This document shows, in pieces, positions 27,914-36,682 of a stretch of 60,867 nt of DNA. Position 1 is the first letter of the stretch. Every line of letters begins with the position of its first letter. This stretch comes from Spirochaetales bacterium (GTDB lineage: Bacteria > Spirochaetota > Spirochaetia > DSM-27196 > SKKC01), in assembly GCA_046545955.1 (NCBI GenBank), contig JBKGYS010000001.1, forward strand, positions 1-60,867. Direction: 5' to 3'. The notes beneath the pieces were generated by a model. That model saw only the letters and a list, made by a program, of their open reading frames with translations. It searched no databases and was not told the DNA's origin. Position numbers and translations under genes: made by a program.

Positions 27914-29119
27914 ATGGACCGCATGATTACGTGTCTCCTTTTCGCCACTACACTCTTTCTCGGGCCACCAGAGGTCGCGATCGCCGAAGAGATTCCGACG
28001 AGTGCATTGCCACCCCGGGACCATGTTTTGCCGGCAGCCGTGTCGGATAGCGTGATCCCTGTTCCCGATCGGATCGAATCGCCCACACAAGGAAACCGAA
28101 ACGACCGCGACACCGCGTCGCAGCTTATAGTTCTGGAGGACCCGGCTTTCGCAGTACCTGTCGCCGATGGCTCAAAGCCGGTCGTAGAGCTCGATCGGGG
28201 AGAGATTCTTCCGATTATACAGCGCGTGTTTGTAAGGGGGGAGCCGAAAAGCAGTCAGTTCTATGTGACGCTGCACCCTGAAGTCGGTCTGGCCACAGTC
28301 TCGACGCGAGTCGCAGCTGAGCGTCTGACCTCTTACTCCGCCGACTTGTTCAATCTACCGGGCCTTGCCGAGAATATCGACCGTCTTGTCTTCGCCACGC
28401 GCCCGCGCACGGGCAACCCACCCGTGGTATCACCCGATGACGAAGAACTGCTCATAATCCCGCAAGGCGACGCACTGCAGGTAAACCGCGCCATAACTGT
28501 CGATCTGTCGACCGAGCTCCCCGGCGGCGACGGTGTGGTAACCTTTTCCCCGTTATCAATTCGAGTCGAAGATATAACCGGCGACGGTTCCCCCGAACTG
28601 GCGATCGACAGCAGTTCGCGAACCGTGACCGGTTCCCGTCAATACGATAACCGGACGCTCGAAACATTCTGGCTCGAAGCCAACGGCGGCGACCCGAAAA
28701 CGCTCCTGCACCTTGTCCACCAGACGTACTTTGATTCGTCGCTGATCGCGTATACGCATGCTATCTCCCGGAATGATTCGGGCCTGGTGCAGGAGATACG
28801 AAGCTACGCCGAGCGCACGTACGGAGACAGCGCTGTCGGGGTGGACAAATCGGTACAGGAATACGCCGAGAACCGATTCGAGTGGAGCACGGGGCGCACC
28901 CGCATGAGCGGCATTTCGCCGCGCGAAAATCCGGCAGGACTCAGGGACAAGCCCGACGATTCAATACGCGTAAGCGACTGGCTCTCCGCCGGCTCTAATA
29001 TCCGGCCGGTTAATGTTCACTTGGATGACGATAATGATGTGTGGCTCAAGATAGACGTTGAAAACGGCGCCTCCGGTTGGATCGAGGAGACAGAGATTAC
29101 CTGGCAGACCCGTCCATGA
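27914..29119 (+). CDS. Secreted hypothetical protein (FG-GAP/VCBS-like motif, SH3b-like C-terminus)
   Basis: 401 aa with a signal peptide ([21 protein letters not shown]). It has [14 protein letters not shown] and a C-terminal [22 protein letters not shown]. Confidence 0.5.
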   Translation: MDRMITCLLFATTLFLGPPEVAIAEEIPTSALPPRDHVLPAAVSDSVIPVPDRIESPTQGNRNDRDTASQLIVLEDPAFAVPVADGSKPVVELDRGEILPIIQRVFVRGEPKSSQFYVTLHPEVGLATVSTRVAAERLTSYSADLFNLPGLAENIDRLVFATRPRTGNPPVVSPDDEELLIIPQGDALQVNRAITVDLSTELPGGDGVVTFSPLSIRVEDITGDGSPELAIDSSSRTVTGSRQYDNRTLETFWLEANGGDPKTLLHLVHQTYFDSSLIAYTHAISRNDSGLVQEIRSYAERTYGDSAVGVDKSVQEYAENRFEWSTGRTRMSGISPRENPAGLRDKPDDSIRVSDWLSAGSNIRPVNVHLDDDNDVWLKIDVENGASGWIEETEITWQTRP

Positions 29120-30758
29120 TCCCGAACGAGACGTCGCTCCGTTCGAAGCGATCGAGCGAATCCACCCCTTCCTTGAGTGCCGCAAGGTTGTCGCGATTGT
29201 CGCTACCGATCCGCGAAAGCGTTTTCGAACGCTCTTCTATTTCGCCGATATACGAACTGATCGTCGAAGTGATCTCGCGCACGTCACCGGCTTGCGACCG
29301 TATGTCGGAGAAAAGCTGCTCACTTTCACGCAGCACCTGTTCCATCTCGGAGACAGCCTCCTGAACCCGCTTCTGCACTCCGGATATGTTTTCAACAGCC
29401 TCGGTGATCTCCTGAGTGCCGCCGGACATTTCGAGCATCCCGTTTACCACCTCACCTAAGGCTCCCTGAAACTCGTTTATCTCGCGCTGAATATCCTTGA
29501 ACTGCTCGCGCGTTTCGGTACCGACGTCGAGTGAGTTCTGAATATTCGTCGCATTGCGATCGAGAATATCCCGGATTCTCTTCGAGTTGCCGTGTGTCTC
29601 CTCGGCGAGTTTCCGCACTTCTTCGGCGACAACAGCGAATCCCCGACCCGAGCTGCCCGCATGCGCGGCTTCGATCGCCGCGTTCATAGCCAGCAGGTTT
29701 GTGCGGTTGGATACATCCTCGATAACGCTGGTGACCTCGAGGAGCTCTTCGCTCGATGTGCGAAGCGCGTTAAACGCTTCGAGCGTGTCCTGAAATTGCG
29801 CGTCCGTTGCCTCTACTCGCTCACTCAACGCTTCGAGCGCTGAACGTCTCCCCTCGGCCGCCTCGGAAAGCGATCTGATCGCGGCCGACATCTCACCCAC
29901 CGATGAGGAGGATTGCTCGACCGCGGAACTCTGTTCGTGCATAACGTCGTTCACCCGTTCCCTCGCCTCGGAAATGAGCTGCTGGTTCTCCGTTGCCCGC
30001 TCGATCCGGCTATTCAGCGACGAAACGCGGTCTGAGATAGTTGAAAGCTGCGAAGCGATCTTCTCGGTGCGTTCGACTGTCTCATCCGAGACAATGGTAA
30101 GCTCCTGTCCCTGCTTGAGACTGATTTCCGCCCGACCGAGCAAGGTCTTCATATGCTCAACCCGTTCGGAAGCCTCCGCGGCGCCGTCGGCGAGTACCCG
30201 CATCATCCGATGTTCAACCCGGAACCCGACTACCAGAGCGGCGACCGCAATAGCGAAAAAGAGCGTCGCAAACACGGTTGTTGTTACCATCTCATCCGGA
30301 CCGATGGCCGGTACAAGCAGTAGGGTAACGTACACGATCGCCCCGAGATAGATCACCGACGCGGCAGCGATAAGCTGTACGATGCGATACCCGATTACCA
30401 TAATGAGCGGCAGAACACTTACCGACAGAAACCCGTAGAGATATACGTCCCGGTAGGACTCCACGTCCTGTACAAGCATGATCGTGAGCGGCGTCAACGC
30501 GAGAAGGACCGCGTAGACGCTACTCGCGGCACGATAATGGCCTCGCGCTACGCCGATAACGATCAGTACCGAGAGTACCGCAGTGAACCCGCTCGTATAC
30601 AGGTTCTGGAGCTCACCGGTGCTCACGTGGATGAGGCTTAAGACCACGGTCACCGCGAGCACCAGAGCCGACAGAACGAACAGGTTGCGTGCCTTTATGG
30701 CAACATTTACCGGCGCATCGCGGTATACTTCCAGTATCCGCGTTCCCAATTCAGTCAT
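29097..30758 (-). CDS. Methyl-accepting chemotaxis protein with multi-TM N-terminal module
   Basis: 553 aa. It has about 6 N-terminal TM helices and the conserved signalling hairpin [34 protein letters not shown]. Confidence 0.85.
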   Translation of the reverse strand: MTELGTRILEVYRDAPVNVAIKARNLFVLSALVLAVTVVLSLIHVSTGELQNLYTSGFTAVLSVLIVIGVARGHYRAASSVYAVLLALTPLTIMLVQDVESYRDVYLYGFLSVSVLPLIMVIGYRIVQLIAAASVIYLGAIVYVTLLLVPAIGPDEMVTTTVFATLFFAIAVAALVVGFRVEHRMMRVLADGAAEASERVEHMKTLLGRAEISLKQGQELTIVSDETVERTEKIASQLSTISDRVSSLNSRIERATENQQLISEARERVNDVMHEQSSAVEQSSSSVGEMSAAIRSLSEAAEGRRSALEALSERVEATDAQFQDTLEAFNALRTSSEELLEVTSVIEDVSNRTNLLAMNAAIEAAHAGSSGRGFAVVAEEVRKLAEETHGNSKRIRDILDRNATNIQNSLDVGTETREQFKDIQREINEFQGALGEVVNGMLEMSGGTQEITEAVENISGVQKRVQEAVSEMEQVLRESEQLFSDIRSQAGDVREITSTISSYIGEIEERSKTLSRIGSDNRDNLAALKEGVDSLDRFERSDVSFGIMDGSAR

Positions 30759-30791
30759 TGCATCCTCACTTATCCGCTACCGTAATACCGT

Positions 30792-31934
30792 TTACTCGTA
30801 CACCCTTGGAACTCTGTGGTTAATCTGACTCAGGATCTCGTATGGGATCGTTCCGCAGAGGTCGGCAAGCTCCTCGGCGTCGGGGGCCCGTGGGTCTTGA
30901 CCGAACAGCACGACGCGGTCGCCTCTTTTCACCGAACTGTCCGGCCCGCAATCGACCATAGTCTGATCCATACATACGCGGCCGGCAACTCGAACGCGTC
31001 GCGGAGGTCCACCATCACCTTCGAAAAGAAGCATTTCGGCCTTATTCGAAAGCAATCTGTTGTATCCGTCGGCGTATCCTACCGGGATTGTGGCGATCGT
31101 AGTCCGGCGCGAAGCTCTCCATGTGCGCCCGTAACTGACGGTGTCACCCGCTTCCACCGTCTTCGCGAACACAACGCGGGACTCGAACTGCATGACCGGT
31201 CGCAGGTCGACGCGGCGCCGCTGATCGTGAGACGGATAGTATCCGTATACGGAGATCCCCGGACGGACCATATCGAGAAGGGCTTCATCTACATCGAACG
31301 TTGCACCCGAGTTCGCCGCATGCAGGCAGCCGGGGTCGATGCCCCGAGATCGAATCTCTGCGACCGCACGCCTGAACCGTTCCAGCTGCAAGCGCGTGAA
31401 ATCCTGCTCTTCGCCGTCCGCCGAGGGAAAATGAGTACACACCCCCGCCAGACGAAGCGAGGACGACCCGGCGATGACTTCGGCAATCTCGGCGGCATCC
31501 TGCCACCGACAGCCGATTCGTCCCATACCGGTATCTACCTTCAGATGAACGGCGAGGCGCCCGGTTCGCGTACTAGCGCCTGCAGCCCGGTCGAGATCTT
31601 CTATATACGCGCGGTCGGAGACGAACGGTTCGAGCCCAAGTTCGGCGATTTCCTGAGCCTCATCGGGGAGTGCAAGGCTGTAGAGAATAATTCTGCCGTC
31701 GATTCCCGCATCGCGCAGGCGCTCTCCCTCGCCGACGGTGGCCACCGCGACAGCCGAAGCATTCTCCTCGAATGCAACACGGGCCACAGCAGCTGCTCCG
31801 TGGCCGTACGCATCCGCCTTTACAGCCGGGCAGTACGCGAGGCCATTGCCGGAATGACGGCGCGCCTGGCCGTACACCGCCCGCAGGTTATGACGAAGGT
31901 TTTCAAGCGATACTCTCGCGCATGTAGCTCTCAT
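30792..31934 (-). CDS. alr: Alanine racemase
   Basis: 380 aa with the PLP-lysine motif AVKADAYGHGA and the C-terminal GTIPYEIL. Confidence 0.9.
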   Translation of the reverse strand: MRATCARVSLENLRHNLRAVYGQARRHSGNGLAYCPAVKADAYGHGAAAVARVAFEENASAVAVATVGEGERLRDAGIDGRIILYSLALPDEAQEIAELGLEPFVSDRAYIEDLDRAAGASTRTGRLAVHLKVDTGMGRIGCRWQDAAEIAEVIAGSSSLRLAGVCTHFPSADGEEQDFTRLQLERFRRAVAEIRSRGIDPGCLHAANSGATFDVDEALLDMVRPGISVYGYYPSHDQRRRVDLRPVMQFESRVVFAKTVEAGDTVSYGRTWRASRRTTIATIPVGYADGYNRLLSNKAEMLLFEGDGGPPRRVRVAGRVCMDQTMVDCGPDSSVKRGDRVVLFGQDPRAPDAEELADLCGTIPYEILSQINHRVPRVYE

Positions 31935-32078
31935 ATGTACCGATCGGATCTTAGGCCTTTCCAGCGGCGCGGGTAAAGGCCGGTTTCAGGAAGATGGTTT
32001 TTCCCGCAGATGTCCGCGCACCGTCGACCGCAATATACTTGCGTGCTGCCACCGGGTCGGGATAGGGTCTCGACCATC

Positions 32079-33932
32079 ATGCAAGACCCCATGTGGTGGA
32101 AGCGCGCGGTTGTATATCAGATATACCCGCGAAGCTTTCAGGACTCGAACGGGGACGGTATCGGAGACCTTCCGGGAATCGTCGAGCGTCTCGACTATCT
32201 CAGCGAATTAGGGATCGATACGATATGGCTGTCCCCGATATACGACTCACCGAACGATGACAACGGCTACGACATCCGCGATTACCGTGCTATTCACCCT
32301 GAGTTTGGAAGCATGGATGACTTCGACCGGCTTATCAGGGAAATGCACGCGCGGAACCTGAGACTGGTCATGGATCTCGTGGTAAACCACTGCTCGGATG
32401 AGCACGAGTGGTTTCGCGAGGCGAAAGCGTCGCGGAGAAGCCCGAAACACGACTGGTTTCTCTGGCATCCGGGGCGGGGACACAGCGAGCCGACACCGAA
32501 GGGCTCGCCCGTTCCCGATCCTCCCAACAACTGGGGATCATTTTTCCGGGGATCAGCGTGGGAATGGAACGAAACAACCCGCGAATACTACCTACACCTT
32601 TTCTCCCGCAAACAGCCTGACCTTAACTGGGACAATCCCGAGCTCAGAGCCGAAATCTACGATATGATGCGCTTCTGGCTCGCGAAAGGCGTCGATGGGT
32701 TCCGGATGGATGTGATCAATTTCATAGGGAAGCCCGACGGCTTCCCCGACGCACCGAACCCGCACGGAAAACCGCACGTCCTCGAACCCGCGATGGTCGC
32801 CAACCTGCCGAAAACGCACGAATACCTCAAGGAGATGAACCGTGAGGTGCTTTCTCCGTGGAAGTGCATGACGGTGGGAGAAATGCACGCGACCGGCACC
32901 GAAGAGGGCATCCGATACGTTCATCCGGCGAGAAACGAACTGAACATGATCTTTCAGTTCGAGCATATGTATATCGATGATGGCCCGGCGGGCAAGTACG
33001 ACGTACCCCGACAGTGGTCGCTCACGGAGATGAAACACATACTCGACCGTTGGCAGGATGGGCTCGCCGGCCGCGGGTGGAATTCACTTTTCACCGGCAA
33101 CCATGACCAGCCGCGGGCGGTGAGTCGATTCGGGAACGATGGCGGAGCTTCGGCCATGCAGTCTGAATGGCAGGAGGCCGTGCGTGCTCGTTCGGCGACC
33201 GCGATCGCCGCCGCGCTACTCCTGATGCAGGGGACACCGTTCATATATCAGGGCGAGGAAATCGGAATGACCAATGTATCGTTTCCGGACATCGACTCGT
33301 ACCGAGATATAGAAACACTCAACTTCTACCACGAAGCGGCGCAGCAACCCGGGGCGAACCACGAAAGGCTGCTGGAAATAGTTCACCGGCGAAGCCGGGA
33401 CAACGCGAGAACTCCCATGCAGTGGACCTCCGGAGCACACGCGGGATTCACGACCTCGGTACCGTGGATACCGGTTAACCCGAACTTCACCGGCATCAAT
33501 GTGTCCGCCGAACGACACCGTCCGCAGGGCGTCTTCGCTTTTTTCAAGCGCATGATCGCCCTCCGGCGAGCCTTTTCGGTGTTTACCGACGGAGCGTACA
33601 CCGATCTGTTGCCCGAGCATGCGCAACTTGTTGCGTATACGCGATCACTCGCCGACGAGGATCCAAGCGGAGGCCCGTCGCAGGTTCTCATCGTAGTAAA
33701 TTTCAGCAACGACCCGGTTCAATGGATACCCGAGCCGCAAACGTCGGAGCTTCTGGTAACCGGTCTCCTCTCGAACACCGCAGCGGCTCCGGAAGGAATC
33801 CGAGGGCGCGGTAGTATCCTGTCGCGCGATTCGCTTGAAATTACTCTCGCGCCGTGGGAGGCGTTTTTGAGCACCAACGCGTTACCGGCGAATGTATCGG
33901 AGGCGGACACCGTGTGGTATCAGAATGCGTGA
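32079..33932 (+). CDS. GH13 alpha-glucosidase (oligo-1,6-glucosidase / trehalose-6-P hydrolase type)
   Basis: The start is ATG 32079 (MQDPMWWKRAVVYQIYPRSF). GH13 regions are DLVVNH, GFRMDVINF, VGEM and FTGNHDQPR. Confidence 0.85.
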   Translation: MQDPMWWKRAVVYQIYPRSFQDSNGDGIGDLPGIVERLDYLSELGIDTIWLSPIYDSPNDDNGYDIRDYRAIHPEFGSMDDFDRLIREMHARNLRLVMDLVVNHCSDEHEWFREAKASRRSPKHDWFLWHPGRGHSEPTPKGSPVPDPPNNWGSFFRGSAWEWNETTREYYLHLFSRKQPDLNWDNPELRAEIYDMMRFWLAKGVDGFRMDVINFIGKPDGFPDAPNPHGKPHVLEPAMVANLPKTHEYLKEMNREVLSPWKCMTVGEMHATGTEEGIRYVHPARNELNMIFQFEHMYIDDGPAGKYDVPRQWSLTEMKHILDRWQDGLAGRGWNSLFTGNHDQPRAVSRFGNDGGASAMQSEWQEAVRARSATAIAAALLLMQGTPFIYQGEEIGMTNVSFPDIDSYRDIETLNFYHEAAQQPGANHERLLEIVHRRSRDNARTPMQWTSGAHAGFTTSVPWIPVNPNFTGINVSAERHRPQGVFAFFKRMIALRRAFSVFTDGAYTDLLPEHAQLVAYTRSLADEDPSGGPSQVLIVVNFSNDPVQWIPEPQTSELLVTGLLSNTAAAPEGIRGRGSILSRDSLEITLAPWEAFLSTNALPANVSEADTVWYQNA

Positions 33933-34665
33933 TCAACTCTCTCTGCGGCTCGTTGCCGCACGGCTCGAAGCGCTCGAGGAAACGATTATCATGCGGTTTC
34001 TCGACCGGGCTCAGTTCGCGATCAACCGTATCGCGTATACTCCCGGCAAAAGCGGGTTCGAAGGAGCCGGCGAGGAGTCGCTGTTCGAACTGAGGCTTGC
34101 TTCGCAGGAGCGAATGGACGCGGAGTTCGGGCGTTTCATGGTCCCCGAAGAACGGCCGGTATCCGAGGCGCTTCCGGCCCCACGCCGAAAGGTACACCTC
34201 CCGCATCTGCCGCTTGGCGTATCGGATGCGAATATAGTTCGTCGCTCGCCGGAGATCCGCGACGCGTATCTCGAGATCATCCCCTCTCTGTGCAACGACG
34301 ACGATGACGGCCAGTACGGCTCGGCGGTCGAGCACGACGTATACACTATTCAAGCGATCGCACGAAGGGTACATTACGGTGCGCTCTACGTGGCCGAAGC
34401 GAAGTACCGCGAACGGAGCAACGAATACCGCGACGCCGCGCGCTCGGGCGACCGAGAGGCCCTGCGGTCCATGCTCACCCGCGCGGACGTGGAAGCGCGT
34501 ATCTTGGAACGGCTCGAGAAGAAAGTCCGGGACCTGCAGATCGATGTGAATAAGGATGTTCGACGCGTCATAGGCTCCGATGTGATTGTCTCATTCTACC
34601 GAAATACAATTATACCCCTCACAAAGAGCGGCCAGATCTCTTACCTGATGGCCCGAGCACGTTGA
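33925..34665 (+). CDS. Chorismate mutase, AroQ class, eukaryotic (Aro7-like) type
   Basis: The start is ATG 33925 and overlaps the GH13 stop by 8 nt. The 246-aa product shows block-wise similarity to yeast Aro7, recalled from memory: RFLDRAQFA, RRVHYGALYVAEAKY, ILERLEKKV and IIPLTK. Confidence 0.75.
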   Translation: MRDQLSLRLVAARLEALEETIIMRFLDRAQFAINRIAYTPGKSGFEGAGEESLFELRLASQERMDAEFGRFMVPEERPVSEALPAPRRKVHLPHLPLGVSDANIVRRSPEIRDAYLEIIPSLCNDDDDGQYGSAVEHDVYTIQAIARRVHYGALYVAEAKYRERSNEYRDAARSGDREALRSMLTRADVEARILERLEKKVRDLQIDVNKDVRRVIGSDVIVSFYRNTIIPLTKSGQISYLMARAR

Positions 34666-34699
34666 CAGCCTGCAAGCGGGAGGCTACTGTATTGGTATA

Positions 34700-35215
34700 A
34701 TGGCTTCTAAGCAGGATCTCTCTGAAAGCCTCGAAATGTACCTAAAGGCCATCTACCTGGTCGAGATGCGCAAGAAAGCAGCACGGGTGACCGATGTGGC
34801 AGCTCAGCTCGGCGTCATGGGAAGCTCGGTTACCGCCGCGCTCAGGACTCTTCGGGACCGAGGACTCATAAACTATTCCCCTTACGACCTCATCACGTTG
34901 ACCGACGACGGTACGGAAGTTGCCCGCGACATCGTCGAAAAGTACAGCGCATTGCGGGACTTTTTTATTAAGGTGCTCGGCATGGACGAGACAACCGCGG
35001 AGGAAGACGCGTGCCACATGGAGCACCGAGTTTCGGCGGCACTGTTTGACCGTCTGTCCAAGTTCGTGCACTACTACGAAACATGCCCGCTCGAGAAAGT
35101 ACGCTGGAACGACGAGGTCGGCTATTTCTGTGCCCGCGAGGGCTCGGACTGTGACCGCTGCCGCACCGGCGAGGAACTCGTCGAGATAGGCGATAAACGG
35201 CGCACGCGCGACTGA
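34700..35215 (+). CDS. DtxR/MntR-family metal-dependent transcriptional regulator with Cys-rich C-terminal tail
   Basis: 171 aa with an N-terminal wHTH (SLEMYLKAIYLVE...VTDVAAQLGV..SSVT) and a metal-site region (EEDACHMEH). The tail is C-x16-C-x7-C-x2-C. Confidence 0.8.
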   Translation: MASKQDLSESLEMYLKAIYLVEMRKKAARVTDVAAQLGVMGSSVTAALRTLRDRGLINYSPYDLITLTDDGTEVARDIVEKYSALRDFFIKVLGMDETTAEEDACHMEHRVSAALFDRLSKFVHYYETCPLEKVRWNDEVGYFCAREGSDCDRCRTGEELVEIGDKRRTRD

Positions 35216-35311
35216 AACCGGTCAGGCGGCAGGATCGCATCGGTAATGCCTCCGGCTACGGTACGTGAGCGGGAAGATGCTTTCGATCGTGCGCGTAGCG
35301 CCTTGCTCAAC

Positions 35312-36472
35312 CTATTCGGCTTTTCCCAGTGAACGCATAAACCCTGCCAAGCGGTCGAGACCCTCGGTCAGAACGCTCTGCTTTGAAACGGTGGATATGA
35401 CAAGATAGCCGTCATCGGGAAACCCGTAGAAATAGCCGGGATGCACAAGCACCGATTCCTGCTCGAGAAGATCCAGCGCAATTCTCTCGTCATCCGTGCC
35501 AGGAATCTGCAGAACCCGATGAATACCCCCGGGCTGGGGAAACGCTTTAAGGTGTAGCCCGCCGTAGACCCCGGTTATATTCTCGAGAACGGCGCCGGCG
35601 ACCGCGGCACGAGCGGACAACGCTTCCCGTATGTTTAACGCGATGTCGCGACCGTCCTCGAGCATTCGAGAAGCCACGTACTGGCTCGGCGTGGACGCAT
35701 TCAAAAACGTATCCGCGGCGAGTTCGAGCGCTTCGAACCGCCTCTCGCCGACGCCCGAAGCGATTATCCACGCGAGCTTCAGATCCGGAGAGGCGAAAAG
35801 CTTCGACAGCCCCGCGAACCGATACCACTCCGCTTCGCGCTTCTCCAACCTATCCGGCGCACAAGCGGCCATGCCTTCCCTCTCGGTGCCGCGAAAGACT
35901 TCATCCGACACGACGAACGCTCCGTAGGCGGCTGCCAGTCGGTCAAACCGCGCGAGTTGCGCCGTCGAAAGCACCGAGCCGGTCGGGTTATTCGGAGAGA
36001 TAATAACAAGCGCTTTCGCTCCCGCTTCGAGCCCGGCCGCAACGTCCGGGAATTCAGGCGCAAAATTACGCTTCGGCTGCAGACGGTAATACAACGGCTC
36101 CAGACGGGCGTACTCGCACAGCTGCTCGAACAGCGGATACGTCGGTGCCGGAAGCAGAATGCGGTCTCCGGCGGCAAGCAGGGATTGAAAGACAAGGCTG
36201 TAGCTTTCACTTGTGGATGCCGTCAAAATCACTCGGTCGGGATCGACCGAATCACCTTCAAACGCATACCAGCGCGAGAGACGATCGCGGGTGCGCTGCA
36301 TACCGCGACTCTCGCTGCGGTACCCGCGGTCGTCGACATAGTCGATAAAATGTCGTTTCAGTCGGGAGTCGGGATAGCGAAGGCCATGATTATGAAAGTT
36401 CGTATCCGTAAGGTCGACGATGGACCGCCCCTGGGCTCGGAACGCGGCGGCCGTGGCCATGAGTTCGTTCAT
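35312..36472 (-). CDS. Class I/II pyridoxal-phosphate-dependent aminotransferase
   Basis: 386 aa with ISPNNPTG and the PLP-lysine context GLSKLFA. The start is ambiguous: ATG 36472 or ATG 36460. Confidence 0.8.
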   Translation of the reverse strand: MNELMATAAAFRAQGRSIVDLTDTNFHNHGLRYPDSRLKRHFIDYVDDRGYRSESRGMQRTRDRLSRWYAFEGDSVDPDRVILTASTSESYSLVFQSLLAAGDRILLPAPTYPLFEQLCEYARLEPLYYRLQPKRNFAPEFPDVAAGLEAGAKALVIISPNNPTGSVLSTAQLARFDRLAAAYGAFVVSDEVFRGTEREGMAACAPDRLEKREAEWYRFAGLSKLFASPDLKLAWIIASGVGERRFEALELAADTFLNASTPSQYVASRMLEDGRDIALNIREALSARAAVAGAVLENITGVYGGLHLKAFPQPGGIHRVLQIPGTDDERIALDLLEQESVLVHPGYFYGFPDDGYLVISTVSKQSVLTEGLDRLAGFMRSLGKAE

Positions 36473-36478
36473 TACCTT

Positions 36479-36552
36479 TGAGCACGGCGGGATTCGAACC
36501 CACGACTTCCAGCTCCGGAGGCTGGCGCTCTATCCAGCTGAGCTACGCGCCC
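36479..36552 (-). tRNA. tRNA-Arg (CCG)
   Basis: The 74-nt cloverleaf was folded by hand on the minus strand: GGGCGCG/TA/GCTC-AGCTGGATA-GAGC/G/CCAGC-CTCCGGA-GCTGG/AAGTC/GTGGG-TTCGAAT-CCCGC/CGTGCTC/A. The acceptor stem has two G-U pairs. Confidence 0.9.
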
Positions 36553-36586
36553 GATGTTCTTTCGAACAGAAGTTACGGTATTCGGG

Positions 36587-36614
36587 TAAACGGCCGGTGT
36601 CAAGCCGGGGATAA
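36587..36614 (+). promoter_or_regulatory. Candidate sigma-28 (FliA)-type promoter upstream of the MCP gene
   Basis: TAAA (36587-36590), a 16-nt spacer, then GGGGATAA (36607-36614). The consensus is TAAA-N15-GCCGATAA. It lies about 70 nt upstream of ATG 36683. This is a pattern match only. Confidence 0.3.
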
Positions 36615-36682
36615 ATCTCGAGGGTTTACGCTTTTCGACCACTTGCACTGAACAGCTATGTGGTTCACTCTCTACACCAGTC

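Noticed and set aside
30759-30800. A sigma-28-like string upstream of the minus-strand MCP gene: TAAA-N13-GCGGATAA, overlapping the alr stop.
   Set aside because: The spacer is 2 nt shorter than the consensus. The predicted TSS would fall inside the SD, only about 10 nt from the ATG. Co-transcription with alr is the more likely explanation.
30816-31976. A 386-aa ORF antisense to alr. Similar long antisense ORFs are 53722..54831 (opposite pyk), 37163..38170 (opposite the MCP), 19080..20108 and 19714..20466 (opposite the SDR and the methyltransferase), 16480..17274 (opposite lysK), 14023..14796 (opposite era), 40686..41402 (opposite tsf) and 25692..26345 (opposite pepN).
   Set aside because: In each case the opposite strand carries a gene with unmistakable family motifs. 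The antisense products are low-complexity R/S/P/G-rich sequences with no motifs, so I treat them as GC-bias artefacts.
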